Below, piece after piece: positions 40,486-53,945 of a stretch of 64,000 bases of DNA; positions within the stretch are counted from its first letter, which is position 1, and every line of letters begins with the position of its first letter. The translations under genes and the position numbers were made by a program. The DNA is from Mobula hypostoma (taxonomy: Eukaryota), in assembly GCF_963921235.1 (NCBI RefSeq), contig NC_086108.1, forward strand, positions 55,802,001-55,866,000, read 5' to 3'. The notes under the pieces were generated by a model. The model worked only from the letters and a program-made list of their open reading frames with translations, had not been told where the DNA came from and ran no database searches.

Positions 40486-40533
40486 ATGCCTGAAGCAAAT
40501 TATTTACTGTCTGTTTCTTGGGGTTATATCAAG
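40486..40533 (+). CDS. PDE4B: PDE4B5-like super-short isoform first exon
   Basis: AAAATGCC start; 16 codons MPEANYLLSVSWGYIK; consensus donor AAG|GTGAGT; phase 0 matches exon at 41638. Not in the ORF track. Confidence 0.93.
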
Positions 40534-41613
40534 GTGAGTAAATTAATTATGAAATGCTTTTGAAAATGCTTTTTTTTGTGAGATTACGTGGCTTTAGGTT
40601 AATATGCTGAAACCTCTGAACCTCAGACTTTATTTCCATATTGACAGTTTATTGCACTTGCTAATTTAATTTCAAATGAATATCAATAAAGTTCATCAGA
40701 ATTAAAATGTTATCTTTATGAGCAAAGACAAATAAATGAAACAAAAAGTGACTGACCAGGAATTTCCACTATCACATTTTGAATATAAAAGTTTTTATTT
40801 TTAAAAACAATGTATAATTAGAACAAGCCGTGCAGTGAAGGGGATGAGAAAAATCTTCAAATATGCTGTATGTTCTTTTATTAATATTTAACATTCTGAG
40901 TTCCAAAGTACATGTTTACAATCCTTTTATAAGTCATCACAAATTTATAGTTTCTTTACAAATATATTATAAGATTTCAGATTTTATAATGGAGTAATAG
41001 AGAATTAAGCTGCTATCATATTCAGAAAAATACTTAATATATGATCTCACTAAATTTACGATTGCATACTTCATATCAAAATAAATTCAGCTATTTGTTT
41101 AGGGAAATTATAAAACTGAGCTTCCAAATGGTCTATAGATTAAATACAATTTTAAATACCCATTTTTATCAACCATTTTAAAATAAATGCTAAAGGTAAG
41201 ATTAACATATCTTTTCCCGTACTTGCTGTGTCTTAGAACTAATTCATTAGCAATGTAGCTACATAATTACAATACCATTGTTTATTGTGTAAGTAAATAA
41301 TTTTGTATGCAAGTCAAACACTACTTCATCTGTTCTAAGCTCTTCCTTATTCATAATTAATATTTAAAATTTGAAGCATCAATTATTTGGGAACAATTCC
41401 TATATAACTGAAAATAGAACAATGAACCTATTTAAAATGCATTTTAGAATATCAGCTAGGTTTATACAGAGCACAGTTAAAATATTACAAACAATACCTG
41501 ACAAAAAATGTGAAAATTTACATTTCCTTTCACTCTTGAGGAATGTATAAATTGATGAAAATATCTGATTCAAAAGTGATATTGAAATGGTTGATAAAAA
41601 TAGTTGGTGATAA

Positions 41614-41766
<153 letters not shown>

Positions 41767-43408
41767 TAAAAGCAGAGACATTATTTGATAGTTTCAACAA
41801 TTAAGAGCTTCCTTTAAAATATTTAATACAATCTGAAATTACTCTGCATTGCTGCACCATTCAGAAAATACTTACTTTTAGTACCTTTTGCATTATTGTC
41901 CTATGCATCCCTGTCATTTAAATGTTTTTTTGAGATTTACATATTAACTGCAGATTTCTACTGGCCTTGTGATCCAGTGAATAAGCCTTAGTTGTATCGT
42001 TGATCCCACCATTACTCATTTCTTGGGTAAGTCATTCCCAAGTCCACAGCTCAAATTCATTATAAGAAAATTATATTTTTCTAAAGAAGAGTAGAAGTGT
42101 CCCGCTTTTGGAGTATTAAGAACAATAGAAGAAGCAGGATGTTGCTCCACTGAGCCTTCATATCCAATCTAGCGTGCAGTGATTAGAAATTTGGCAAGTC
42201 CCTATTAGGGAGCTTATCAACAGAATGATTCTGTTTTATCAACAGGAAGATTCTCTAGAATGAATATATGTTCTACAGATTACTAATTTCTTTATCTATA
42301 ACGTATTCTAAACTTCTGTATCTTTCCAAACCACTTGTGTACAGATAGTTACATATTTTTCTACCTCCTCCCACTCCTGGCAATTATAAAGATAATTTTC
42401 AATAATGTTGGTAACATGGCAATGTGAATTGTACAAGCACTAGGATGGAAATCGGGATCCATGTGTGGGATCTACTCTGAAAGCTTCCCACAACGTTGAT
42501 GATTTTCACCGCAATCAATTGCAATAACACAAACTCTGCTTATCTTGTCTTCTCCAAATTCATTCTTCTTTTGGAAAGCATGTTAAGCCAAATCACTGCC
42601 TATGACTCAACTAAATGTAGCATATCTCATGGCATTAATGAAAGATTTCCTGATTAGCATTCCCTTTTCAGTTAACACCAGCTAGTATAAAACCACATTA
42701 CCCAGTTATGTATAAGCTGCTGACTGTAGGATCCACCTGGTGGAGTTGGATTCAATCTCTGACAGTACATTGACAGTGATTGCACTAAAATATAGTGATT
42801 TCTTTCTACTTTATTAATCCATGTTTCTGACAATATAATAAATATCAATCCACAAGCATTTGTTGTTAGAAAGTGACTGGCTTGAGAGCAGGTTTCCTTG
42901 GAAAAATAAGCAAAATATTAGCTAACGAATTTTAAATAGTATTGATGGCAGCTATTAAAACAATTTGCAAAGCAGGCTACCTTTTTAGAAATTATAAGTG
43001 GAAATTTAATTTCTTTCTGGTAATGTCTGCTAATGACTAATGAGTCTGCCAATAGTAGCAGAGAATCTGTTCACCTGGATGTCCCGTGAACCATCTGGGC
43101 AAGGGGAGGACTTTATTAAATCTGCAAGACTCAGCAAAGCCTCTCTGGTTCTGATGGACTCTTAAAGGAAAGGTTTTAATTTATTTTCTTGTAGCTGCAC
43201 AACTCGGACGTGTATGAATTACCAAGGATTTTAAGATTGTTCCCAAGCAGCAATTGGCCCACCACATCTTACTGAAATTGTGTCTCAAGTAGGGAAAGCC
43301 CTACCTGTGGAAGTATAGCAATGGTGGGGGCAAAATGACACAGTCAGTGCTGGAAACACTTTCAACGCTATAAAAATTGTTCAGCTGGCTCTTAGGTGAG
43401 GTCCATAC

Positions 43409-43642
43409 TGTGGTAAACCATGTGTATAGGTTGTAACTGGGTTACCTGTCTGGACACGCCCCTCTGCTGACTGCTCCTGTGGCTCCTCCCACAGACCCCT
43501 GAATAAAGGTGTTTGTGCCATGGCTGCTCCTCTCAGTCCAGAACAGATATTCAGCATGGACGTGGGTCCATTTTACTTGTTAATAAAAGCCTTTCAGTAT
43601 TTACTCTACTTCCAGTCTTTTGGAGTAATTGATAGTGCATCA
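43409..43642 (+). mobile_element. Solo LTR
   Basis: TG...CA, 234 bp, internal AATAAA, perfect 5-bp duplication CATAC (43404-43408, 43643-43647). Confidence 0.85.
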
Positions 43643-43679
43643 CATACCCTGTGTGCTTTGGTCTCTCTAATCATCTTAA

Positions 43680-44010
43680 AACTACAGCACAATTCAAGCC
43701 CTTCAGCCCACAAAGCTGTGCCAAACATGTCCTTACCTTAGAAATTACTTAGGGTTACCCATAGCCCTCTATTTTTCTGAGCTCCATGTACCTGTCCAGG
43801 AGTCTCTTAATAGACCCTATCGTATCTGCCTCTACCACCATTGTCGGCAGCCCATTCCACGCACTCACCACTCTGTAAAAAAAAACTTAGCCCTGACATC
43901 TCCTCTGTACCTACTGCCAAGCATCTTAAAACTGTGCCCTCTCGTGCTAGCCATTTCAGCCCTGAGAAAAAGCCTCTGGCTATCCACACAATCAATGCCT
44001 CTCATTATCT
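43680..44010 (-). mobile_element. CR1 3' fragment
   Basis: Reverse-complement match to the 54735-55257 copy. Confidence 0.75.
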
Positions 44011-44999
44011 TATCCCCACTCTCCCCACTCTCCCCATCTATAGTATTTTTACATGGGGAAATGCTCTAAGATCACCTAAGCCATTTCAATTAGATTAGCA
44101 ATCCAGAGCCACCTGGATCTATTTGATTCGGTACCAATATAACTTTTGAGTGAATTCTACAAAGAGAACTTTCCTTGCATGCAGTTTAATCAAATTTGAA
44201 ACAAATATTTAATATAAGCCAGCATATTAGACATATGCTGCATATACTGATGTGCAATTATATAATCAGCTATCTGCTAAATTGGCAAAGCTGTGTGGAA
44301 ATCAAATTTTCTTTATTTATCCAAGCATGTTTTGTTTTAGCTATGAGCTATTTGATTGGCACCCATGGAATTTGCAGGCTTTGGCTTCTAATTCCTACAT
44401 GTGTTATTTTGCTGTTTCATATTGTTTATCATTGTGAAGCAATTTGTTTGGTAGGCTAGTGGGAAAATTGTTAATTTTTCATCTAATCCCTTTGAAAGTA
44501 TGAACAGCTGAATTGACCACATGCCTTCCTTTTAATTATTTGGATTATTTTCCAGAGTCCTATCAAAATACACCCTGAGGCTTTTTCATGTATTTGCTGA
44601 CCAATGTGAAATCAGTTAATTGGTTTTAATTGCCTCCATTTTCACTACAAATCTGATACTGATTTATTCTGTGGTGTGCTTTCCACTCGTTGACTCAGTT
44701 ATTCACAGAAGTGGAATAAATAATTTTATGGTTCAATTGGTAAAGGAGTTTCCTCTCCTGATGACTCACCAGGGACAGCCATTCAAATTAATTATCACTT
44801 AACCATATATGAATATAGCCAAAGGAAACAGCGTTCCTCTGGGCTAAGGTGCAAACGACATTACCAACAGCACCTAGCACATAGCGTAAATATATAATCA
44901 TATGGTTATGGTTTCAGAAAAACATAGTCACAATGAAAAGAAACAATATAGCCAATATATCTGAGTGGCATGACTAGATTTATGGGATGTTGTCCTTAG

Positions 45000-45545
45000 A
45001 CTATAAGACCATAAAAAATAGCGGCAGAATTAGGCCATTCTGCCCACAGAGCCTGCTCCATCATTCCATCATGGCTGTTTTATTATCATTCTCAGGCTCA
45101 TTCTCCTGCCTTCTCCCCTAATCTTTAACACCCTGGTTAATCAAGAACATATCAACCTATGCCTTAAATGTACCCAATGACTTGGACTGCACAGCTGTCT
45201 GTGGCAATGAATTTCACAGGTTCACCACCCTCTGGCTATGGATATTTTTCCTCATGGACATTCATAAATTTTGAGGCTATGCCCTCTGGTCCTAGGCAAC
45301 TCCACTAAAGGAAGTAAAATCACCATATCCACTTTATTCAGACATTTTGATAGGTTCCATTGTGATCCCTCCTCATTCTTCTAAGCTCCAGCAAATACAG
45401 GCCTAGAGCTATCAAACACTACTGGTATGTTAACTCTTTCCTTCCTGGGATCATTTTTGTGACCCTTTTCATTGCTAGCACATATTTTCTTAGATTAGGG
45501 GTCCAAAGTTGCTCACAATATTCCAAGTGCAGTCTGACCAATGTC
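45000..45545 (-). mobile_element. CR1 3' fragment
   Basis: Reverse-complement CR1 RT end (SQYSKCSLTN = rc of LVRLHLEYC) and tail. Confidence 0.7.
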
Positions 45546-47014
45546 TGTCTTGATCATCTTGCTTTTCCACCGAGCGAGCACCTGAGAGCAGCACAGAGTG
45601 AACACCAGAGGGCAGCACCAACAGAAGGGACCAGGCCCCAACACAATACTAATTCCTGTACACACACAGAGATGCTCGCCTCGGTATCTCTTCTCCTGGG
45701 CAGATGCGACAGGCGATCCCATGGCCTAGGCCTTGTCCTCACCACAACTGTAGCAATGCAGCCCTCCCCCTACTGTCAGTCTCACCAGTGAACCAGAATT
45801 GCAGTATTTTAGTTTACCAGTGCTCTGTAAAGTCTTGTGTTCCCACTAAAAATGTCCAAGACAATCAGTCCCACTGATTGTTTGATGGTATGCCACAGCA
45901 CAACAATGGTACAGAATATGCTGGGATAGTCCAGCAGTACTTGATGTTCTTGGTATCCGGCAGTGACCAGCAACCATTAAAAAAGACATACAGGAAAACA
46001 AATATACCTTTGATTAGATCCACAATGGTTGCTGCATCCAAGCATGCCGCCATCTTACCCAGTACAAATATAAATGCCATAAAAATCACTAATGATTCTG
46101 ACACAGTCACTGTAATGCCCAGGGAGTGGATCACAACTAGGGAAATCTAAATATCATGGTCTTCTAAACATTAGACAAAGAATTAGGGTAAAGAATCACC
46201 AAGGTTTCTTTCATCTAATTGGTATTAAAATGTGATCAGGTTAAGAAAAGAAGACAGCATATTTAGCAGAAGTGTAGCGGAAAAAGAACATTTTGACTAT
46301 ACATTTCAAAAGAGGTCATGATAGTTTAAAAGCTATGAAGATATAGTTGTAATATAAACATAGATTTTATTTTGAAATGTGAAGCTGAATTAGCATGTAG
46401 CAGAAAGTCTGAATCGTATAGTCCATCAAAACCACTCCCCAGATCTGATCATTTCTCATTCAAACAAGTTGAAAATTTGAAATTGTCCAGACTTTTTTGA
46501 TGGAATGCTCAGTGAGTGTAACGTTTCCTATTGTTCAATTCTTTTGCTGACCTAATCAGCTCCTAAACATGTACTTTTGCCAAAGACATGGCCCAGAATT
46601 TTCTTGTTTTCTCTGGTAGTTCTGCAGTGAGCTGCCAACACATATCCACTATGTCGAAACATATCCAGGATATTCTGAATCCCCAAGTTTATTGACAAAG
46701 CTTTGCTGGCAAATTAATGGCTGCTCCATCACAGATTCTAATAGGGGATAGATTTGCTGTGACACTCCAGCATCTAAACTGGGGTATTTACTCAGGTTAG
46801 TTCCTGAGCACAAGATCCACAGACCTATTATCCCAATGGAGACTCGATGCTGCATTTTTTAATTTTTTAAGAGTTCTTATAAAAAATGTATATTATTTTA
46901 CTTGCCCTCATTTTAATCATTTTGTTTGTTTCTGAATGTCATGAAGATAAGCAACTTTGGAAAAATTTGACATTTGGGAGTTTTTTGGGTAGAGCCTGTT
47001 CTGGCCCACATATT

Positions 47015-47567
47015 CACTCAGTGATCACTTTATTAGGTACACCTGTACACCTGCTTATTAATGCAAATATCTACTCAGCCAATCACGTGGCAGCAACTCA
47101 ATGCAAAAAAAAAAAACCCATGCAGACATGATCAAGAGGTTCAGCCATTGTTTAGACCAAATATCAGGATGGGGAAGAAATGGGATCCAACTGACTTTGA
47201 CTTTGGAGTGATTGTCGGTGCCAGACAGTGTGGTTTTACTTTCTCAGAAATTGCTGATCTCCTGGGATTTTCACACACAACTCTTTATAGTTTACAGAGA
47301 ATGGTATGAAAGACAAAAAAAAATCCAGTGAGTGGCAGTTCTGTGGGCTAAAATGCCTTTTTGATGAGAGAGGTCAGAGGAGAATGGCCAGAATGGGTCA
47401 AGCGGACAGGAAAGTGACAGTAACTTAAATAACCACGTGTTACAACAGTGGTATGCAGAAGAGCATCTCTTAATGAATAACACGTCAAACCTTGAAGTGG
47501 ATGGCGCACAGCAGCAGAAGACCACATCAGGTCCTACTCCTGTACCTAATAAAGTGGCTCCTCTGTG
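47015..47567 (+). mobile_element. Non-autonomous Tc1/mariner element
   Basis: TIRs CACTCAGTGATCACTTTATTAGGTACA / TGTACCTAATAAAGTGGCTCCTCTGTG; transposase remnant MGKKWDPTDFDFGVIVGARQCGFTFSEIADLLGFSHTT. Confidence 0.85.
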
Positions 47568-49189
47568 TATGCCTCAATTACAGAAGTTTCTAGTGCTTTG
47601 TAAAGGTTGAGGGACTATGTCAATTCTTTTCTAGTAGTAACAAATTTTAAAGTGAGATTGGCTAATTTAGGGTCTCAGGGAAGAGTGTAAAACTGAGGGA
47701 AGCCTTGAAAGAGTGAATTGGAAAGATCAGGGAAAGGAATAACTAGAGATCTTCAACTTGAGATGATTGGCTGAAGAGAGCTTTGGGGAAAAAATGGTTG
47801 TACCCAAAAGAGCAGTTGTGTCTGGAAGTCATAATGTTGGGCACAACAACAGTCCCAAGTGCTTTCTGTTTACTCATCAAGACTGGGGCAAGCTGTACAG
47901 AGTTAAGGAGTTCATGTTTCAGATCAAAAAAATCCTCATCAGAGGAGGGAATGTTAAAAAAAAACAACAGGCATGTTTTTAACTTACAGAGAAGTGAGAG
48001 AAATTTAACAGCATTTCTTGTTTTTATTTCTCATTTCTAGGATCTGCAATCTATACTTCAAATCACTACCAGTAAAACTAATGCACTCTTGCCCAACTTT
48101 ACTTTTATCAAATTCATCTCTCAAAGAAGTGACAGATGAAACACAAGTCTTCTACCTACTTTGTGGTTTCCATGGGAAAAAATAACTTTATGGAGTTTCA
48201 TTTATCTTTGAAATTTAAACACCTGGTCCTTTGTGTCTTCTTTCAAAGAAACTTTGCATTTGGTATATTTTTCTTGAGTTCTCATCAGTCGAATCTCAAG
48301 CATCACTCAGCTACAGCTTGTTAATATGAGGTTACTTCTTTGTCCTCTAATTTTCTCCTCATCTCTCCTGAAGGGCATGTTCTGGAACGTCCTTCCAATT
48401 TGACTGTGTAATGTCTGCTACCTAGTACTGGTTGTTATAGTTCAGGCTTGGCACTGTTGTAATTCAGTCTGACTGAAGATCTGTGACTGCTCATTTAGAA
48501 GATGACGGAGCACTGCTGAGACAATGTCATTAACCTTTCTGTGCTGCTCACCATCAGCATCCAATTTGCCAAAGAAATCTTTGAAGAGGAAGCCCTTCAC
48601 TGATAGTACAGAGTGAAAAAACATCCATTAATATCAGTTTGATAAGATGCTTGTGGATAAGGCCTCTGTGATGTGCTGCTTTGATGCAACCAGGTTCAGC
48701 TGAACTGCTTTCTTTTGCAAGGGTCTTTAATTAAGTTGTGGAATAGACCCTATGAATTCTGGTGTATAAATTATCCTGGTTGATTAAGCCCCTTATCCTC
48801 CGAAGAATATAACGATCTGTTATCTTAATAGTTGAAGACAAACCACAGTGGGATGTCATCAATTCAATGTGTCTGAAGAGAAACTGAGGTTTTGGTGCTG
48901 AATGCAAAATTCACGCAGATCCAGTAGATGTATTCTGCATTGAAATATAATTATGGGATTTAATATGAAACTGATAAAATATTTTGGAAAAAGAAATAGA
49001 GAAGTCCATGACATAATTAATATGCTGCGATCCTAATCTTCAAGGTTCTATTATAAATATTAATTGCAATTCCCTTTTACTGTTTGGGAAGTAATCATTT
49101 GTTTTAGATTATTTTCTTAATCACAGCTTCAGACTTCTAATTGTTAAGTACATCAAATTTAGATTTTAGTGAACATTCTAAAAGACACA

Positions 49190-50945
49190 GTGTCAAAGTT
49201 CAAAGTAAATTTATTAACAAAGTTACTATATACAACCCCGAGGTTTATTTTCTTGTGGGCATACACAGTAAATTGAAGCACAACAGAATCAATGAAAGAC
49301 CACACCCAGCAGGGTGGATGAACAGCTTGTGTGCAAAAGACAATAAACTATGCAAATACAAAAAAAGTATGAAAAAATAGTAAATAGAGAACATGAGATG
49401 AATAGACCTTAGAAGTCTATAGATTGGGGGAACAGTTTAGTGATGGGGCAAGTGAGGTTATACCCTCCAGTTCAAGGGTCTGATATTTGAGAGCTAATAA
49501 CTGTTCCTGAACCCCCTGTACCTTCTTCCTGATGGCAGCAGCAAGAAGAAAATGTGACCCGGGTGGTGGGGGTGCTTGATGATGGATGCTGCTTTCCTGC
49601 GACAGCACTCTGTCAATGTACTCAATGGTGGGGATGGTTTTACCCACGGTGGACTAGGCTGTATCCACTACTTTTTATAGCATTTTCCATTCAAGGACTT
49701 GGGTGTTTCCATACCAGCCATGATGTAACCAGCTAATATAATCTGCACATATCAGAACTTTATCGAAGACTTAGATGTCATACCGAGGTTTTGCAAACTT
49801 CTAAGGAAATAGAGGTACTGCCATGCTTTCTTTGTTGTGGCATTTAAATGCTGGACCAAAAACAGATCCTCTGAAATCTTAATGCAAAATTTAAAGTTGC
49901 TGACCCTATCCACCTCTGATTGCCCCGATGAAGACTGGTTTATGGACCTCCGGTTTCCTCCTCCTGAAGTCAATAATCAGCTCCCTGGTCTTGCTGACAT
50001 TGAGTGAAGGGTTGTTGTTTTGGCACCACTCAGCCAGATTTTCAATCTCCCTCCGACATTCTGAATCGTCGATAGTCGCTGAGGCAGGCTGCCACACTCT
50101 TCTGTGGTACTGGTATAACTGACCATCTTGAAGCAAGTCGCTACCTCAGATTTCTGAAACGAGAGGTTAAAGATTTCGGTGATCAGCACTGGCTTTTAGT
50201 ACTCGCCCAGATACTTTCCTTGGGTTCACCCTCCTGAAGGATGCTCTCATGTCGACTTCACAGACTGGAATCACAGGGTCATTGGGAACTGCAGAAGCTC
50301 GAAGAGCTTCGTCCATGTTTTGACGGTTAAAGTGGACATAGAAAGCATTGAGCTCATCTGGGAGTGAAGCTCCATTGTTGCCCAGTTCCACTTTGTAAGA
50401 AGTAAGAGCATTGAAGCTCTGGCACAGCTGTCGAGCATCCTTCAGTGATCTAAGTTTGGATCAGAACTTCCACTTTGCATGTGAGGTGGCTTTACAGAGA
50501 TCGTACCTGGACTTGTATCATACTTGGTCACCGAACCTGAATGCCACTGATCTGGCCGTCAGCAGATTGCGTATCCGTTGGTTCTTCCAGGCCTCCTGGT
50601 TGGGGAAGACAACTGTCTTATAATGTCTTTGACAACCCTGGTGTATTCATTCAGATCCTCCAATGACTACTCGAACACAACCTAGTCTACTGACCAAAAG
50701 CAATCCCGTAGCTGCTCCACTGCTTCCAGCAGCTACTTCTTTCTTGTCCCCATCTCTGGAGCACTGCTCTTAGGCCTCTGCCTTTGTGCAGGTAGGAAGA
50801 AAACAGCCAGATCAGACTTCCCAAAATGTGGTCTGTGAGTGGAATGGTAGCCATTCCTAATCTTACTACAGCAGTGGTCAAGTGTGTTGGGACCCTTGCT
50901 GCTGTAGGTTATATGTTGATAATAGTTGGGCAGAGATTTTTTTCA
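49190..50945 (-). mobile_element. Deleted Rex1/Babar-like LINE
   Basis: Endonuclease end (GPNTLDHC, HFGKSD), LPDELNAFYVHF, LAEWCQNNNPSLNVSKTRELIIDFRR and 3' tail. Confidence 0.75.
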
Positions 50946-51908
50946 AAGTAGCCCGATTGCTATCAGCTTGCTATTTACAATTGGATAGCATCATAGTGTA
51001 GGCCAGTGTTAGTAATTTAAAAGGCACCCTGAAAGGTGTCAGTTCATGAAATGAATATGTCATACTATTGAGAAGGAAAAGAAAACAATTCAACATGATC
51101 CTGGAACTGTAATTGTTAATCTCTTTATTGATGACAAGTTTTGAGGAATACCGATATTTTGTTGCAAATGTAGGCAAGTCTGGTCTGCCACACCTTCTCC
51201 CAAACACCCTCCCCACTTCACCCTGCTCACATTATCAAACAGACTCCCCAAGTAACAAAGGGTGGGAACTGTTCATCAGTTGTGATTCTTAGCCTAGGAG
51301 CATTAAAGCCAGATTAATCACGCTCTCACTACTCAGTCTGAGTTTACACAATGATCATGTGAAACACTGGCCTACACTGTGATGCTGTCCAGTTGTGAAG
51401 AGCAAGCTGATCGCAGAGGCTGCTTGGCAAAGCACAGGAGAGCTATTGGTGCCCATGCAAATTTATACATTCAGAACAAATAAAATAGAAACTGCTGAAA
51501 GTATATTTAAATGCCACTACTTCTCATCAAAAAATGCTTTGAAATAATTAGCAATATACTCCATTGTGAAATCTATGGTAATAATGAAGATACAATTCAA
51601 TGTTGACAATGGTCTGCAAGGAAAATGGAGTAGGCTGCATAAAGGGCAGTCACTCTGTAACTGCCCACATTCCCTTCTAGATAAAATTATGTCCACTTCA
51701 AAAATTCTGAACTTTCCCAATAGGTCTATGTTCATTTTAGGTTGACTATTATTATGTACTTTAAGTGAATAATTACACTCACAGTGAAAAATGTCCCCTA
51801 TTTTAGTATTCTTCTCTATTGTATTTTTCTTTTGAAGATAAAGCAGAATTTTATTTTTGGATTTCTAATTTATCCCAAGGTATCATATGTTCTGTTCTCT
51901 TGTTACAG

Positions 51909-52087
51909 ACAAGCAGAATGATGTGGAGATGCCGTCCCCCACACAGAAAGACAGAGACAAGAAGAAAAAGAAACAGCTCATGACACAGATTAGCGGAGTG
52001 AAAAAGCTGATGCACAGTTCTAGCCTCACATATTCAAGCATCCCCCGATTTGCTGTCAAAACTGACATGGAAGATTGCCTTTCCAAG
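51909..52087 (+). CDS. PDE4B: PDE4B exon (LR2 linker to start of catalytic domain), 179 nt
   Basis: TTACAG|AC...CAAG|GTACAA; (D)[59 protein letters not shown]. Confidence 0.95.
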
Positions 52088-52577
52088 GTACAATTCAAGC
52101 CTCCATGTGAACTTTTATAGCAATGGAATACTAGAAAAGGAGTTCACAGTTTTGCAGCCCAGCTTGTTCTATTTTTCAGTGGGATTTTGGCTGATCTTTG
52201 ACATTACCACAAGTAAAGTCCCTCAGTGGATGACATTCCGGCAAGTTCAGGTTTTCCAGTAAATACAAGCTAGATCATAATGATCAAAGATCATTACATC
52301 CTTCCAATGTGTAATGCTCTGACTGCTCACAGTGTACAGAATCAGAATCAGGTTTATTATCACCGGCATGTGTCATGAAATCTGTTAATTTAGCAGCAGC
52401 AGCACAATGCAATACATGATAATGCAGAAAGGAAAAAAAGTAAATCAATTGCAGTAGGTATTCCCACCATCCAGACCACATCATCATTTTGCAGCTACTA
52501 TCGGGCAGGAGTACTGAATCTCCTTGCCACCAGGCTCAAGAAAAGTTACTTCCCTGCAACCAGTTCGTTGTTGAACC

Positions 52578-52655
52578 AACTGGTAAAGCCCTGGTCACTA
52601 TAACTGGTAAAGTAAAGCCCTGGTCACTACAACTGGTAAAGCCCTGGTCACTACA
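52578..52655. repeat. Short tandem triplication
   Basis: Three copies of AACTGGTAAAGCCCTGGTCACTA. Confidence 0.85.
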
Positions 52656-52890
52656 GCTTAGCAACACTATGTCCACAGTGCTAAAATAGACATTTTTTTC
52701 TTGTTCTAATTGTGTTTCTTGTAAAAAAAAAGTGGATTATTTATAGACGTTTTATTCACAAATGCTGCTGATGTAAGATTATGTGTCTGTGATGATGCTG
52801 CAAGGTTTTCATTGCATGTTTGCATGCACATGACAATGAACTTGACTTCATTTTGTAGCAGTACAGTGCAAAGACACAAAATCCATAAAA

Positions 52891-53082
52891 TTTTGGATCT
52901 CCCCCTCCCCCTCCCACTTTCAAATCTCTTACTAGCTCTTCCTTCAGTTAGTCCTGACGAAAGGTCTCGGCCTGAAACGTCGACTGTACCTCTTCCTAGA
53001 GATGCTGCCTGGCCTGCTGCGTTCACCAGCAACTTTGATGTGTGTTGCTTGAATTTCCAGCATCTGCAGAATTCCTGTTGTT
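52891..53082 (+). mobile_element. Young-looking Penelope terminal-repeat insertion nested in a LINE tail
   Basis: Retains CpGs that are decayed in the other copies; contains the intact hammerhead motif. Confidence 0.75.
52949..52986 (+). ncRNA. Minimal type-I hammerhead ribozyme motif in a Penelope terminal repeat, core intact
   Basis: UAGUC-CUGACGA-A-AGGU(CUCG)GCCU-GAAAC-GUC-GACUG: stem I, CUGANGA box, stem II, GAAA box, GUC triplet, palindromic ACGU stem III. Confidence 0.75.
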
Positions 53083-53479
53083 AATAAAATAATAATCATA
53101 AATAACTAAATCAATTACACATTACATATATTGAATAGATTAAAAATTGTACAAAAAAACAGAAATACTATATATTAAAAAAGTGAGGTAGTGTCCAAGG
53201 GTTCAATGTCCATTTAGGGATCGGATGGCAAAGGGGAAGAAGCTGTTCCTGAATCGCTGAGTGAGTGCCTTCAGGCTTCTGTACCTCCTACCTGATGGTA
53301 ACAGTGAGAGAAGGGCATCAAGACTAGCATGTCCTTTATAGAAATGAAACTGTTGTATTAGCACATTTTAGATAAAAACTGTGAAATGATATGTGTGGAT
53401 GCAATATTTCCATACGGTTTTCATAAATATCTGAGGAATTTATTGTAATTGCTGTATTCCAATGTCCTTATCTTTGCAG

Positions 53480-53578
53480 GAACTGGATGACCTGAATAAA
53501 TGGGGACTTAACATATTCAAAGTGGCAGAGTTTTCAAACAATCGACCTCTCACCTGCATTATGTACAGCATCTTTCAG
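53480..53578 (+). CDS. PDE4B: PDE4B catalytic exon, 99 nt
   Basis: TTGCAG|GAA...[42 protein letters not shown]. Confidence 0.96.
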
Positions 53579-53780
53579 GTCAGTAAGGTCAAGTGAGCAG
53601 TGGAATTCTGGATGTTTCTAGTTCAGTTGTTACTACTATTGAATATATTTCAATGCACTAGTTAACAAAGTAAAAGTAATTATTTTCTGCACAAAAAAGT
53701 TAAATGAAATGCAGCCCAAAATGATTCTATGTTCATTTTAAATTGATGTGTAATTTACATTTTTAATCCATTTTCAATAG

Positions 53781-53945
53781 GAGAGGGATCTGCTGAAGAC
53801 ATTTCGGATCCCAGTGGATACATTTGTTACATACATCATGACACTGGAGGACCACTACCATTGTGACGTAGCCTACCATAATAGCCTGCATGCTGCTGAT
53901 GTTGCTCAGTCTACGCATATTCTTCTTTTAACACCAGCACTAGAT
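53781..53945 (+). CDS. PDE4B: PDE4B catalytic exon, 165 nt
   Basis: CAATAG|GAG...[64 protein letters not shown]. Confidence 0.96.
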
